Notes under the pieces: model-generated
What the model saw: only the letters and a program-made list of their open reading frames with translations
The model's database searches: none
What the model was told of the DNA's origin: nothing
Assembly (NCBI GenBank): GCA_030141605.1
Contig: JAQGDQ010000267.1
Span: 248,001-312,000, forward strand
DNA from: Tubiluchus corallicola
Lineage: Eukaryota > Animalia > Priapulida
DNA length: 64,000 bases
Direction: 5' to 3'
Translations under genes and position numbers: made by a program
Part shown: one piece after another, positions 12,491 to 26,646 of the stretch
Layout of the letters: every line of letters starts with the position of its first letter
Numbering within the stretch: position 1 is the first letter of the stretch

Positions 12491-12766
12491 TGGTGGTCTG
12501 TTGGTAGAGTGCTTGGCTACCAATCCAGAGGTTCTGAGTTCGAATCCCGCTCTAGTCTGGGTGTTTTCGAGCCACTTCCCACTCGAACAAGGCTCTTGGG
12601 TTGCCTTCCTATGTCGCTCAGTCTTAACGTTCCTACATGGTCGTTCTGCTGGGGGAAGAAACACGGCCGAACAACAGGCTAGCCACCTGTCCTCCTTGTG
12701 TGCTGAGGATAGGAATATAGATGTTGTGTCAATCTATCCCAAACATGGACCTTTCTTCTTCTTCTT
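12491..12766 (+). mobile_element. tRNA-derived SINE
   Basis: A-box TGGTCTGTTGG and B-box GTTCGAATCC at tRNA-like spacing, unrelated body, (TTC)n tail. Confidence 0.75.
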
Positions 12767-12899
12767 ACGTCTGTATTTTCAGGAACATTCTTACCATGTT
12801 TTATGATAAATAAAACAAAACACTGTTCATTGTAACATAACGACAAACTGCCTTTACTATCAGACAAGTAGTTCTAAACATCCTCCCAAAATGCTGCTT

Positions 12900-13640
12900 T
12901 TTGATTTGCAGGATTACAATTACAATAGTTCCTAATTATATTGAAAGTGAACCCTATTCATTGTAATATGTGTATCAATAAGTACTGGTATATAGATACG
13001 TTTGAACGTACTCAAAAATGCCTTTGATTCACGGCATTACAATTACAATAATTCATATTTACATTCAAAATGAACACTATTCATTGTAACATGTATAACA
13101 ATAAGTACTTCTATATCATAAACGTTTGAACGTACTCAACAATTCTTTTGATTTTCAGTATTACAATAACTCATGTTCACAATGAAAGTGAACCCTATTC
13201 ATTGTAATATGTGTAACAATAAGTACTGGTATATAGATACGTTTGAACGTACTCAAAAATGCCTTTGATTCACGGCATTACAATTACAATAATTCATATT
13301 TACATTCAAAATGAACACTATTCATTGTAACATGTATAACAATAAGTACTTCTATATCATAAACGTTTGAACGTACTCAACAATTCTTTTGATTTTCAGT
13401 ATTACAATAACTCATGTTCACAATGAAAGTGAACCCTATTCATTGTAATATGTGTAACAATAAGTACTGGTATATAGATACGTTTGAACGTACTCAAAAA
13501 TGCCTTTGATTCACGGCATTACAATTACAATAATTCATATTTACATTCAAAATGAACACTATTCATTGTAACATGTATAACAATAAGTGCTTGTATGTCA
13601 TATATGTTTGAACGTACTCAAAAATACTTTTGATTCACTA
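12900..13640. repeat. Tandem repeat, ~242-bp unit made of two diverged ~120-bp subunits, ~3 copies
   Basis: aaagtgaaccctattcattgtaatatgtg recurs near 12944, 13185 and 13427; the related aaaatgaacactattcattgtaacatg recurs in between. Confidence 0.92.
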
Positions 13641-13641
13641 A

Positions 13642-13835
13642 GAAAATACATTTGGTAATTGCCAGGTGCATCAATATGTGCCTGACCACATTTCTTGACT
13701 GGTAAATAATTTTTGCTGCCACCTGCATTGTCTGATTTAACCAGCATCCCGATGATTGGTATTCATTGCTCCCCCAGTTGCCAACCGCACCCATGTTCTC
13801 CCTACATCTTCACTTGAGCTACTGGTCCTGAGACC
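13642..13835 (-). pseudogene. C-type lectin domain pseudogene fragment B
   Basis: RTSSSSEDVGRTWVRLATGGAMNTNHRDAG* / DNAGGSKNYLPV...HIDAPGNYQMYF aligns to WTSGADEHEESVWVWLATGGTMDPALWDAS...NDAPKSNLAYF of the intact gene; stop plus frameshift. Confidence 0.8.
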
Positions 13836-13856
13836 TGTTTACAGAGATGACGAACG

Positions 13857-14030
13857 AGACGTCATTGAACTGTGGATGATTGGATATGTTAACTAAAAAA
13901 TGTTCGTTGCCCCATCCGTTCTTTGGTTCACCATTGCCCCAGCGAGAGAGTGGTTCACCGCTTTTTCAGTTGTCAGTCACACACACACCGTCCGTCTGTA
14001 TCTTCCATGCTGGCAGAGATGGGGAATGGC
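13857..14030 (-). pseudogene. C-type lectin domain pseudogene fragment A
   Basis: TDGVCV*LTTEKAVN / SRWGNGEPKNGWGNEHFLVNISNHPQFNDVS; W...EP.N and ND motifs with a stop and a frameshift. Confidence 0.75.
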
Positions 14031-15162
14031 AGATTAACGTATGCTATTTTCCTATCACTTGACTGTACATATTTTGTGTTCCTTCATATTTTGTGTTGTG
14101 GAATTCTCACACAATAAACCTGTTTAATTTGACAACGTGTTTTCTTGTTTTCTCTACGAGCCGTCCGAGAGAAAGAAACACAACAGTTCTTCCAAAGTCC
14201 ATAGCAACCAGACTTTCGTACGGTTGCTAAGTGTTTTGTAGAAATGTGACAAAAAACAATGGCAAACTTTAACTGTGATTTTCTCAAGATTATGTTTTTC
14301 AGTGTGCAGCCTGCATCTCAACTTCAACGTGGATTATCTCAGCTTAGAGATAACATAGAGCAATGAACTTGGTATCAAAATGATCCTCATCAAATAGAGA
14401 TTCAAGACATGTGAATAGCTAGAAAAGCTTAATTGCCAGCTTATGGATGATTTTGCTATGCAAGCTCACACATAATTATTGATTAACAAATTTGGAAAAG
14501 TGATTTTTATTCTAAGCCTTTGTATGCTCTTTTTCTATAATTAACTACTGGAATCACCTTATATAATAATAAAAATAATAATATAATAACATTCTTTATT
14601 GTAATTAAAATTACACATCGATGAACTGTGAACTTACATTCAAAAATTGATAGTGCAATCAGTGTTTCCACTGCTGTGAGCAATAGTGTTAAAAAATAAA
14701 TTTACAATTAAAAACACATGTGAAATTGTAATTAATTACATTAAGACTTAAGACTCATTTAAGACTCTAAAATACTTACAAATTCAAATTCAAATTAGGT
14801 GCTTTATGGATGTTTTGTCTTAGTGACTTGATTGTTTTGTGTGTGGTGGGTTTTAATTTGTTGATGTGATGTTAATGCATGACAGTAATAACATGACATG
14901 ACCTTAACAATAACACAAACAATGTTCATTCATTTGGGGTCTAAAAAGGCTGGAGATCCACCACAGAGTACAGATTTTCAGTCGATGTTGTCTCTCTGGT
15001 CTCCTGCGGCTGACGTTTATGCTGGATCCCCTCTCAGAGCCCCCTCTGACGTTCGAAATTCATAATTACAAGCAAAAGTGGATTCTGAGTTGATGATCTG
15101 CTGGTAGGTTATTAGATAAGTAGGAACGTGGGCCGTTCAAAAGCGTTTCTGATTCAGGACAA

Positions 15163-16219
15163 TTACAATAATTCGCTTTCACAAACAAAATAAGCTAGGT
15201 TACTTTTAGGGGCATCATTGAGCTTCGGACGCTGGCTTATAATATATATATGATTTTCGCTTGTTCCTCCATTGGGTTCTGAAGCATCCCAAAGGGCTGG
15301 GTCCATTGTTCCTCCAGTTGCCAGCCACACCCATACACTCTCTTCATGTTCATCTGCGCCACTGGTCCATGCCGGTAGAGATTGTGTATTACTGTACACA
15401 AAGTTTAATTCCGCATCTGTCTCCAGGCTGACCAGGTCCGAGCCGATGTCGATGCAAGACTGACGAGCATCGGACCAGCTTTTCAAGTCCTTGCCGAAGA
15501 AATAGCAGCGACCTTGGAACTTGTTGAAGCCAGCTGCGCATTCTGTAAAGAATAGATTCATGTGTGTAAACTTTTTCTTAAAAATTTCGAAACTGCCTTA
15601 AATATTCCAACTCAGATTTAATTCATTGCAAATGAAACACTTCTGATAAATGAATATGGCTGCCGGAGAAATGAGATGCATATATGGCTGCTATCGTGGA
15701 AGAGAACTGTTAGAAAAGACCGCTATAACATCAGAAAGTATCCCATTTTTTGTACTTTTAAATTTGCAATTATGAAATCATACCTCCAATTTGGTACAAA
15801 TGTATCTCCTGCCTACAATGATATTATTACTTATTATTTACTTATTTGTATGATATTATTTACTTCAAATAATAAAGGACCTTTATGAGAGTGAGAAAAT
15901 GCTGAGAACAAAAGAGTACAATAACAGTGACAACTTTACCCTTTTCGTAATAGTCAACTCCGCTGGCTGTAGCAGCAGCAATACCAGTGAGAGCGCAGCT
16001 GCTTAACTCGCATTGCACACGCCCGGAAATTACTTCAACATTAAATCCCAAACAACCGTTTTGGACATCACACAACGCTGCACATTTGAGTTTACTAGAA
16101 ACGTCATGCGTGCCAAGCGGACACTGTCGCCATGCCGTGTCCGTAAACTTTTCGTAAGAAGTACTTTCAGCAACGCAAACTATTACACTTAGTAACCAAA
16201 CTGTTGGATGCATTTCCAT
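15163..16219 (-). CDS. Secreted PAN/apple domain + C-type lectin (EPN type), 219 aa
   Basis: Exon 1 16219-15940: signal peptide MEMHPTVWLLSVIVCVAES and PAN pattern CAALC..C.GFN..CEL, ending G|gtaaag. Exon 2 15542-15163: ttacag|ECAAGFNKFQGRCYFF..SWSDARQSC..WTSG..EPN..LND..FVCE. 660 nt in frame. Confidence 0.9.
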
Positions 16220-16442
16220 ATTCTGATGTCGCACATCGGTTTTCAAGGAAGAAATAGATTGCAATGAGCCTACAGGTGTACATCTGTGACTTAAGTCAGC
16301 TGGTAAACTGCTCTTATCCTCACAATAATAATTATCCCAATTAATAACGACAATATTACTCACAATAGAGCTTGACAATAGCCATTGATTTCTATTCCTA
16401 TTTATATTGCATTGGGCACTATGCATTAAGCATTAGACATAG

Positions 16443-16540
16443 CATGTGTGCGAAATAAATGATCTATATCTATGTATTGATATGTGATATATAGATATCT
16501 ATTATAGATATAGATATAGATCATTCATTTCGCATACATG
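16443..16540. repeat. Short palindrome / MITE-like hairpin
   Basis: catgtgtgcgaaataaatgatctatatctat pairs with atagatatagatcattcatttcgcatacatg (~31-bp arms, 2 mismatches). Confidence 0.75.
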
Positions 16541-17077
16541 GTTGAATACTGTAACATAATAAAACAACTAATGAAAACAAGTCAGTTGCGAGGGCAATGG
16601 GGTCCTTTACACGTTGCCCCATATTTTAAAGATTAATGAATTTGCAGTGGTCGGGATGATCATGTGAAAGAAGGCAGTATCAACTCTTTTTAATTAATAA
16701 AAGATACAAATGTGTAAAAGTCTCTTTGAAATCAAAGATTTCCTATTAAACATCATTACTATTAATAAAGAATAAATCTCAACAATGTACAAGGGCAAGG
16801 GAAGTGAAGGACAAGGGTGTTGTGCTAATTAATAATAGCTCATTTAGTAAAACGGTGAACATACTTACCTTGTATATTAGAGATTATCTTCAGTGGACTA
16901 CAATAGCATTAAGTGGATCTCGGACATAGTTAAGTAATGGGGCTGCAACAAGATGTGAAATGCACAGCTAAACATGTGATCTAATAAATATTTTGTAAAT
17001 ACATGTAAGCCATTGTGCTGCATTTGAGACGTTATGTATTGATATTTTAGACAACAGCTGCTTGAGACGAGTAACAT

Positions 17078-17692
17078 TTAGACTTGAGATAAGTAGCATG
17101 CAGACTTGAAATAAGTAGCATCTAGACTTGAGATAAGTAGCATGCAGACTTGAAATAAGTAGCATCTAGACTTGAGATAAGTAGCGTGCAGACTTGAGAT
17201 ATGTGTCGCGCAGAGTTGAGATAAGTAGCGCGCAGACTGAGAGGAGTAGCGTGCAGACTTCAGATTAGTAGTGCGCAGAGTTGAGATATGTGTCGCGCAG
17301 AGTTGAGATAAGTAGCGTGCAGACTTGACATAAGTAGCGTGCAGACTTGAGATAAGTAGCGCGCAGAGTTGAGATAAGTAGCGTGCAGACTTGGGATAAG
17401 TAGCGCGCAGAGTTGAGGTAAGTAGCGTGCAGACTGAGATGAGTAGCACACAGACTTGAGATAAGTAGCGTGCAGACTTGAGATAAGTAGCGTGCAGAGT
17501 TGAGATAAGTAGCGCGCAGACTGAGATGAGTAGCACACAGACTTGAGATAAGTAGTGTGCAGACTTGAGATAAGTAGCGTGCAGAGTTGAGATAAGTAGC
17601 ATGCAGACTTGAAATAAGTAGCATCTAGACTTGAGATAAGTAGCGTGCAGACTTGAGATATGTGTCGCGCAGAGTTGAGACAGGTAGCGTGC
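17078..17692. repeat. Minisatellite, ~20-22-bp unit (cagacttgagataagtagcgtg)
   Basis: About 28 variant copies directly visible. Confidence 0.95.
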
Positions 17693-17812
17693 CAGCAGTA
17701 AACTTAAAACAAAATTACAGAAATCACACGTTTCTTTATCGTTTACAAAATGTTACCAAGATCTTCAGATTCATAAGTCTTCTACATTCATTCCTGTCAT
17801 TTATTTGATTTT

Positions 17813-18000
17813 TCGTAGTACTGTAGAGGCTATATGGTTTTCTTCAAGTGGTCATTGCTATAAATCGTAGTACTGTAGAGGCTATATGGTTTTCTTCAAG
17901 TGGTCATTGCTATAAATCGTAGTACTGTAGAGGCTATATGGTTTTCTTCAAGTGGTCATTGCTATAAATCGTAGTATTATAGAGACTTGGTGGTTTTCTT
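17813..18000. repeat. 52-bp tandem repeat, 3 perfect copies plus a partial
   Basis: tcgtagtactgtagaggctatatggttttcttcaagtggtcattgctataaa at ~17813, 17865 and 17917. Confidence 0.95.
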
Positions 18001-18056
18001 TTATTCTGCCAGGTAGTCCGGGTACATTTCATTCTGTTTATTTCGCTTACTTGTAG

Positions 18057-18543
18057 ATTTATGGATTGATGAAAACTGGTTTGGGTGGACCTGAAGTGTG
18101 CCCACATTTTCTGGATAGATACCAGCAGGCCCCTGTATTTGTCATATAGTTGGTGATTTTGCTTGTGTTAAATTCTCCTGTACAAGAAGAGTTACTTTTA
18201 CAATTTAACATTGGGTCTGAAACCATTAAACTCTTGCAGTAAGCACCTTTACTTTTAAAGAAAGGCAGAACTGAAAACGGGAACTAACTCGAGAGTTAGA
18301 TATTAAAACTGAAAAGGTTCAATAGAGGTTCTTAATAATTGTAGTCCAGCAGTCCCAAACAGCGTTGTTGGGTAATGTCAGGGACTCAAGATCCAGGTTG
18401 TCAATTACCAGCTAAAATACTAGAGCAGGTGAATTAATCCAGCCTGAGCTTAGAGCTGTGCAAACACGGCCTTCGAAATTATTCGGCAAAAGAGCAGGTC
18501 GATTTCCATCAGTTTGTGATATATACATTTAATGTATTTGGTG
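18057..18543 (+). pseudogene. Possible decayed LRRNT/LRR exon of the LRRCT-EGF-TM gene
   Basis: Broken frames give EVCPHF / AGPCICHIVGDFACVKFSC (LRRNT-like) and SLELCKHGLRNY (compare YIDLQDNGLKRM at ~23970); ends G|gtatgt in phase with 18577; several stops. Confidence 0.35.
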
Positions 18544-18576
18544 GTATGTACTAAGTCTGTGATCTTTGTTTTGCAG

Positions 18577-21083
18577 AGAACAAACAGCTAACATGCGATT
18601 GTTATCTAAGATGGGTGGCTAATTCAACCTTTCTGGACAAATATATCAGACCTGGCGGGAGCATTGAATACACCTGCTACCATCCAGACTACAATCAAGG
18701 AAAGACCCACAATTCCAATTTGCAGATAAATGATTTTGAGTGTACATCTTGTCCCCCGGGTAATGAGGTACCTTTTTGCATACCTATAGATGAATGCAAG
18801 TCAAATCCGTGCAAAAATGGTGGTACATGCATAGACGGTGTGAACAGTTTTATTTGTAACTGTACTGATGACTACAATGGATCCACTTGTGAATTTGCAC
18901 AGTGTACGCCTAGTTCATGTCGTCATGGAACGTGTGCACTTGATAACTACACAGCGATATGCACGTGTGATCCCGGATACACAGGTGAAAAATGCAACGT
19001 GAATATTAATAAATGCCAGCAGCTACAGCAGCCGTGCAAATATGGCGGACTCTGCGTAGACCAGATAAACAATTTCACGTGTGTCTGCTCTGCAGGATTC
19101 ACTGGAAGAACTTGCGAAACTGATGTTGACGAATGCCTACTTGATAAACTTTGTAAAAATGATGGAACATGTGTTAATACATTTGGCTCTTTTAAATGCA
19201 ACTGTTTACCCAGATATGAGGGGCAGCTATGTCAGCAAAAGATCGACGAGTGTAGAAGCAGTCCTTGCAAAAATGGGGGCGCATGTGTGACTGGTGAAAA
19301 TAAGTTCATTTGTATTTGTATGCCAGGCTACGTGGGAAACCAGTGCGAAACAAATTACAATGAATGTGCCTCTAATCCATGTCAAAGTGGAGGAACTTGT
19401 TGGGATTTTGTAAATAGATACACGTGTACATGTGCGAGTGGATACACCGGAGAAGATTGTCAATTAATTGATGACTGCAGATCATCTCCATGCATACATA
19501 ATGGAACTTGCATCAATGGAAGGAATGGATTTACGTGCAACTGTACAAAAGGATGGACGGGCGACACATGTGACTGTAATAAAGATTATTGCATAGCAAA
19601 TGTTAGAGATTATTAGGAATTTAATTAAAGATGAAATGACAAATCATAACCGCATGAATAGCCACGGATATCATAAATCATCCAAAAGTATATATTGTAA
19701 CTTTGAACTACACAAATACTAACAGACAAATGTGTCCGCAACAGTATTTGCCATCCGCCTGAGCTCACAGAAAAATAATTAGCACAATTGCTAATGAGCT
19801 AGAGTGGTCCTACAACAATAACTAACAGCGTTGTATGGCATCTTAATTACTACTAAATTATCTTTCTACAAATCTAAGTTAATGCCGATGTTGCCTTTGC
19901 GTTTTTATTATACTCATAAACTAATTGTTTCTCCACTAGTTTAGGTCAATGCTGAATATGACAAATGCTGTTTCCAAAACATTCGGTTTTTCAGTATTTT
20001 CACAGTTCAACATTGTTCAATATATACTTTAGGCTAAACTACAATGACATTTTTATGGCTGACAAAAAATATTGTCACCATCTATTGTTGATGAAAAAGA
20101 AAAGTATCACAATGATATTAAAGGTATAAATGGTAGATACTTCAAACAATCTAAAAATACACATGACAGTAAAATGGCAAAGCTTAACAAGAAAAGGAAT
20201 AACGATACTTTCCAATGGATGGTGGATATCCATTAGTGTCATCTAGCTTTTTAAAGCCCCAGAGTTTAAAACGAAACTGCAACCATACCCTACACTGTGG
20301 CGATTATCATGAAAACCATAATTTGAAATCAGGCCCAATACGTGTTCGGATAAATTAAAGGACGTTTGCTCAACTCAACATGCAAAATGTGTGACTAACT
20401 TTTCCCATTAACTGTTAAAATAAAAATCAATTATATTAAAGATGATTCCTAAAAATCATTTAATGTTAATCCCAAATTGTGTCTGTTGTAGTTGCTTAAA
20501 TATTCTGCAAGCAATTTCAGTGTTGATTCAATCATTTTCAGTTTCAGAAACGATTGGTGTTAAAGACCAAGAGAAGTTAATCAGCAACTGGACAGCCGTG
20601 TGCTCAGCAGTTTCAGTTGCTCTGATTGTGTTGTCTTTGCTAGCAACTTATGTAATTTTTAGATGGCAAAAACAAAGACGTCAGAAGGCGATCACGGGTA
20701 TGCTTAAATAGTCTAGTTGCTGTTGTCTGGTTACCAGTTACCACTTTGGTTTCCAAAGAGAGCATATGCTATTCAAAGTGAATCATTTTCACATTTGAGG
20801 ACGGAGGGCAGACTAACTAGCTCGACGTAATTACCTAGCAAATGAACAAACAGGCGAGCAAGTGGCCTAATTGCCAACTAACTAACTGACTGGCTAGTTA
20901 GCTAGCTAACTGTTTGGCTTATACATGTATGCAATTAACAACTGACACTAGTCTACTAAACATGCTTACAATATTTGTTGATATCATTTTGCAGGCTTTA
21001 GTGAAGATAGTGGAGAATCAGAAAGTGGAAAAACTGAAAAGGGAAAATCCGGAGGTAGTAGTGAAACAACAGAGAGTAGTTGA
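18577..21083 (+). CDS. Type I membrane protein, LRRCT + 7 EGF-like repeats + TM + short Ser/Gly/Glu tail (5' end missing or decayed)
   Basis: Exon 18577-19575 (ttttgcag|NKQLTCDCYLRW... then 7 six-Cys EGFs; donor T|gtaata inferred); exon 20542-20697 (TM WTAVCSAVSVALIVLSLLATYVIF + RWQKQRRQK, G|gtatg); exon 20995-21083 (GFSEDSGESESGKTEKGKSGGSSETTESS*). All phase-1 joins. Confidence 0.8.
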
Positions 21084-22279
21084 GAAGCAAAAGAAAAATA
21101 CTACAAGACAAAAGTGATCTGCGAATGACATATTTCATTGAACATCAAAAGAAGTGAAACAAAATTTAATTTTAATTAAAGTGTGTGTAGTGATATAACC
21201 GTGTCTAATAATTATGTGTATTATTATGCCCAAGAAATGAAATATTCATGTGGTGATATGCTCAGGAGTTCATGCCACCACCCATATTCTTATTCTTATT
21301 CTTCTCGAAAAACGCGCATACTTTCATATTCATGTAAATGGTGCATTTTATTATAGCACACCACATACAGTTAGTGAGAGCAACTTTTACATAAGTGCTA
21401 CATAACGAGCAGGTGAAAGGTATCACACAACAAGCATTTGTGCAGGCTGCTGAATATAAGCGATATGCAAATACATGTAATTAATAATGACGACGTAGAA
21501 ATTATGTTAAACGTGTGTCTAACACACCACAAGTAATTGTTCAAAGTGCTTATTACATTGGCAACTATGAATTCACATAGGCGGGGCTGAACTGTCAGTC
21601 TAGCATGTCTTTTAAGTCTTGAAACTCCCCTGATAGCAACTGTTAGGAGAGCTTGCAATTTCTTGCTAAAAGTAACTCGCAAAGCAGTTCACACTTGTGA
21701 GTTTACTGTCAGTGTGAAAACTCGCGACATAAACTGGCTAGTCTGAATGCGCTGTTACATATATATTGTCAGTTAATATCTGATTTAAAGCAAAGCCGGG
21801 CCCATAGTCAAACTATAGGTCAAAATACTCTACTCTACTATGAAATAAAATATTCGCACGCAGATATGCGCAGGAGTTCATGCCGCTACCCTTATTCATA
21901 TTGCATATGCTATTTAGATGGCTAAGGTTAAAGTCTTATGAATAAGTGTGCAATAAGTTAGAAGCTTGTAGTTTCAGCAAAATATCTTTGATCTAACAAT
22001 TCACTCTTATTTACATGAAGATAACAAATTTTGTACCACTAAATGCAGGTGTAAACTTTCAGCCTAACATCGAGTCTGTTTGTCAAATTTCTAATAAACT
22101 GCCGCTGCAATTTTGCTCTGCTGTGAGACATATCTTATCTTTGTGCATTCCAAAGAAACATTTCACTAAAACTTTGCTTCCAGAATAAGATCTAACTCAA
22201 GCATTGTCTTTAATGTGGAAGAATCACGTCTAGGGGCTGAAACAACCACAAAAATGATCCAAGTTGGAACCCCTTAAGA

Positions 22280-23060
22280 AGAACTTTTAACACGAATATT
22301 GGGATCCCTGGGGGACTGTCCTAGTCCAATACTTGTCGCGCTCTACCTGGCAAGTGCACTTCAAATAAAAAACGAAATCCTGAAATGATGGTCATGATTA
22401 CAATACTACTCTCTGTAATAACTTTCCTCAACATATTCTGGATCACTTCTATCCTGCATTGGAATCCTATGAACCATTCCTTTGTGACCAACAATCTTGT
22501 TCTTCTTCCCAGCTTTTCCCTATTCGGGGTCGCCGTTGTGAATGAGTCTTCTCCACGCATTCCTGTTGTTGACCATCTCTTCATTTATGTCTTCAATTCC
22601 CACAAGATTTTCACCGACTCTTCCTTTCAAGTGTCCATACCATGGCAATCTTGCGAGGCTTCCACTACTTTTACTGTTCCTCTGATATTATTATTTCTAA
22701 TTTTATCTCTTCTTGTTATTCCCACCATCCATCTCATCATCCTCATCTCCACCACACCCATTTTCTTCTCTTCGGTCTTCTTTAAAGAAGCTGCTTCCAG
22801 CCCATAGATTAGAGCGGGTCTGACCACTTCTTTGTGGACTTTCCCTTTAAGTCTCACCGACTCATTCATAGAAGGTTTTGGCGCAGTTTTTACAGGCGGA
22901 TGCCCTTCCTGACCCTAACCCTCCCTATTTATCCAGGCTTGGGACCGGCACTGAGTTGGGTTGGCTTGCCCCCCCCGTGGCTAGGTTCCTTTGTGATCAA
23001 CAATATGTAGACGATATTGGATGGATTATTGTATCTAATTTTCAAACTAACACAATAAAA
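22280..23060 (+). mobile_element. Degenerate LINE reverse transcriptase fragment, interrupted by an RTE insert
   Basis: FNTNIGIP/GDCPSPILVALYLASAL (PQG..SP.L motif) at ~22285-22360 and, after removing the insert, FLCDQQYVDDIGW (YxDD motif). Confidence 0.75.
22496..22985 (-). mobile_element. Internally deleted RTE-clade element with 19-bp target-site duplication
   Basis: RT C-terminus RLKGKVHKEVVRPALIYGLE...EMRMMRWMVGITRRDKIRN; 5' motif GGAAGGGCATCCGCCTGTAAAA; (GAA)n tail; TSD ttcctttgtga(c/t)caacaat at 22477-22495 and 22986-23004. Confidence 0.88.
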
Positions 23061-23064
23061 AGGA

Positions 23065-23258
23065 TTGTGCAACGTGTGTACGGTTTGGCAACTTCTCTCG
23101 CAACTTGTTGCAACGTGTGTACGGCTTGGCAATTTCTCTCGCAACTTGTTGCAACATGTGAAGGGTTTGGCAACTTCTCTCACAACTTGTTGCAACGTGT
23201 GGGCGGTTTGGCAACTTCTCTCTGAGAGAAGTTGCGCAACAAGTTGCGAGAGAAGTCT
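23065..23258. repeat. 41-bp tandem repeat (~4 copies) ending in an inversion
   Basis: gcaacttctctcgcaacttgttgcaacgtgtgtacggtttg units; perfect hairpin gcaacttctctc-t-gagagaagttgc at 23211-23235. Confidence 0.9.
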
Positions 23259-23442
23259 CTCCGTCTAAACGTGTCACAAGAACCCATTGTCTCGTGTTGT
23301 TATTTCATTGTTTCCCTGAATAGAATATTTTAAAAATAAAAAAAACTCGCATTAACATATTTACATATTCGTATTTTTCGGCAATGATTGTCTGTATCCA
23401 AGTTAGCAATCTTTTTGTGTATAAAGTGATTCAGAAAGCACC

Positions 23443-25992
<2,550 letters not shown>

Positions 25993-26196
25993 ATGCAATT
26001 AAACTTTTGTTTTTAATACAAGACTTTTTTATCTAAGCTTAAGACAGGTAAGGGGTAAAATAAAGTTGTTAATTTTTAAAACTCTCATTCTACCCCATTT
26101 TTTTATACGGATGCACATCTCTTCATGAAATTTCAAGATACAGCTGTAATAAACTAAATAGCGTTCAAAATCATGCCTTAAGATATGATATATCTT

Positions 26197-26227
<31 letters not shown>

Positions 26228-26538
26228 GAAATGGTTACAAAACACTAGTTTAACGTGTTGACCAAAAGTTTCTTTATTCTGAAAGACAATTATTAACATT
26301 TAGTTTAACTTGAATTGAATAGAAGAAAATTAGTTGCATGATTATATGTATTGCTATAACTAAGTACTGATATTTAAGATTATGTAAACTATATTGAAAT
26401 TAATTAACAATAACTTACGTTGTTAGAGCCTTTAACAGTTTTAAAGACAGAAATGAGATAGTATCAAAGTTTAGTTTAAACATAGTTTATAATGTTCTTG
26501 GTTTCTTTAAAGTGGCAGTTTGCTTGTTTGTATTACAG

Positions 26539-26646
26539 ATATTAATGAGTGTTTGTCATTCCCCTTTCATGGTTCGTGTAATGATAAAGTTAATGAATGC
26601 AGTTGTAAATGTGAAGCTGAATACAATGGATTTAATTGTCAACAAG
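26539..26646 (+). pseudogene. Degenerate single-EGF exon 1
   Basis: ttacag|DINECLSFPFHGSCNDKVNECSCKCEAEYNGFNCQQ G|gtat; phase 1-1; second Cys lost, extra Cys gained. Confidence 0.8.

Noticed and set aside
12491-12565. tRNA gene
   Set aside because: A and B boxes are present but there is no clean acceptor stem, and it continues into a SINE body and tail.
17078-18000. CRISPR-like array and repeat-encoded ORFs
   Set aside because: Head-to-tail repeats with no unique spacers, eukaryotic context, no cas genes.
18615-19616. Calling the EGF gene Notch, Delta, Slit or Crumbs
   Set aside because: No LNR/ankyrin, DSL, laminin-G or cystine-knot domain; short tail without a recognisable motif.
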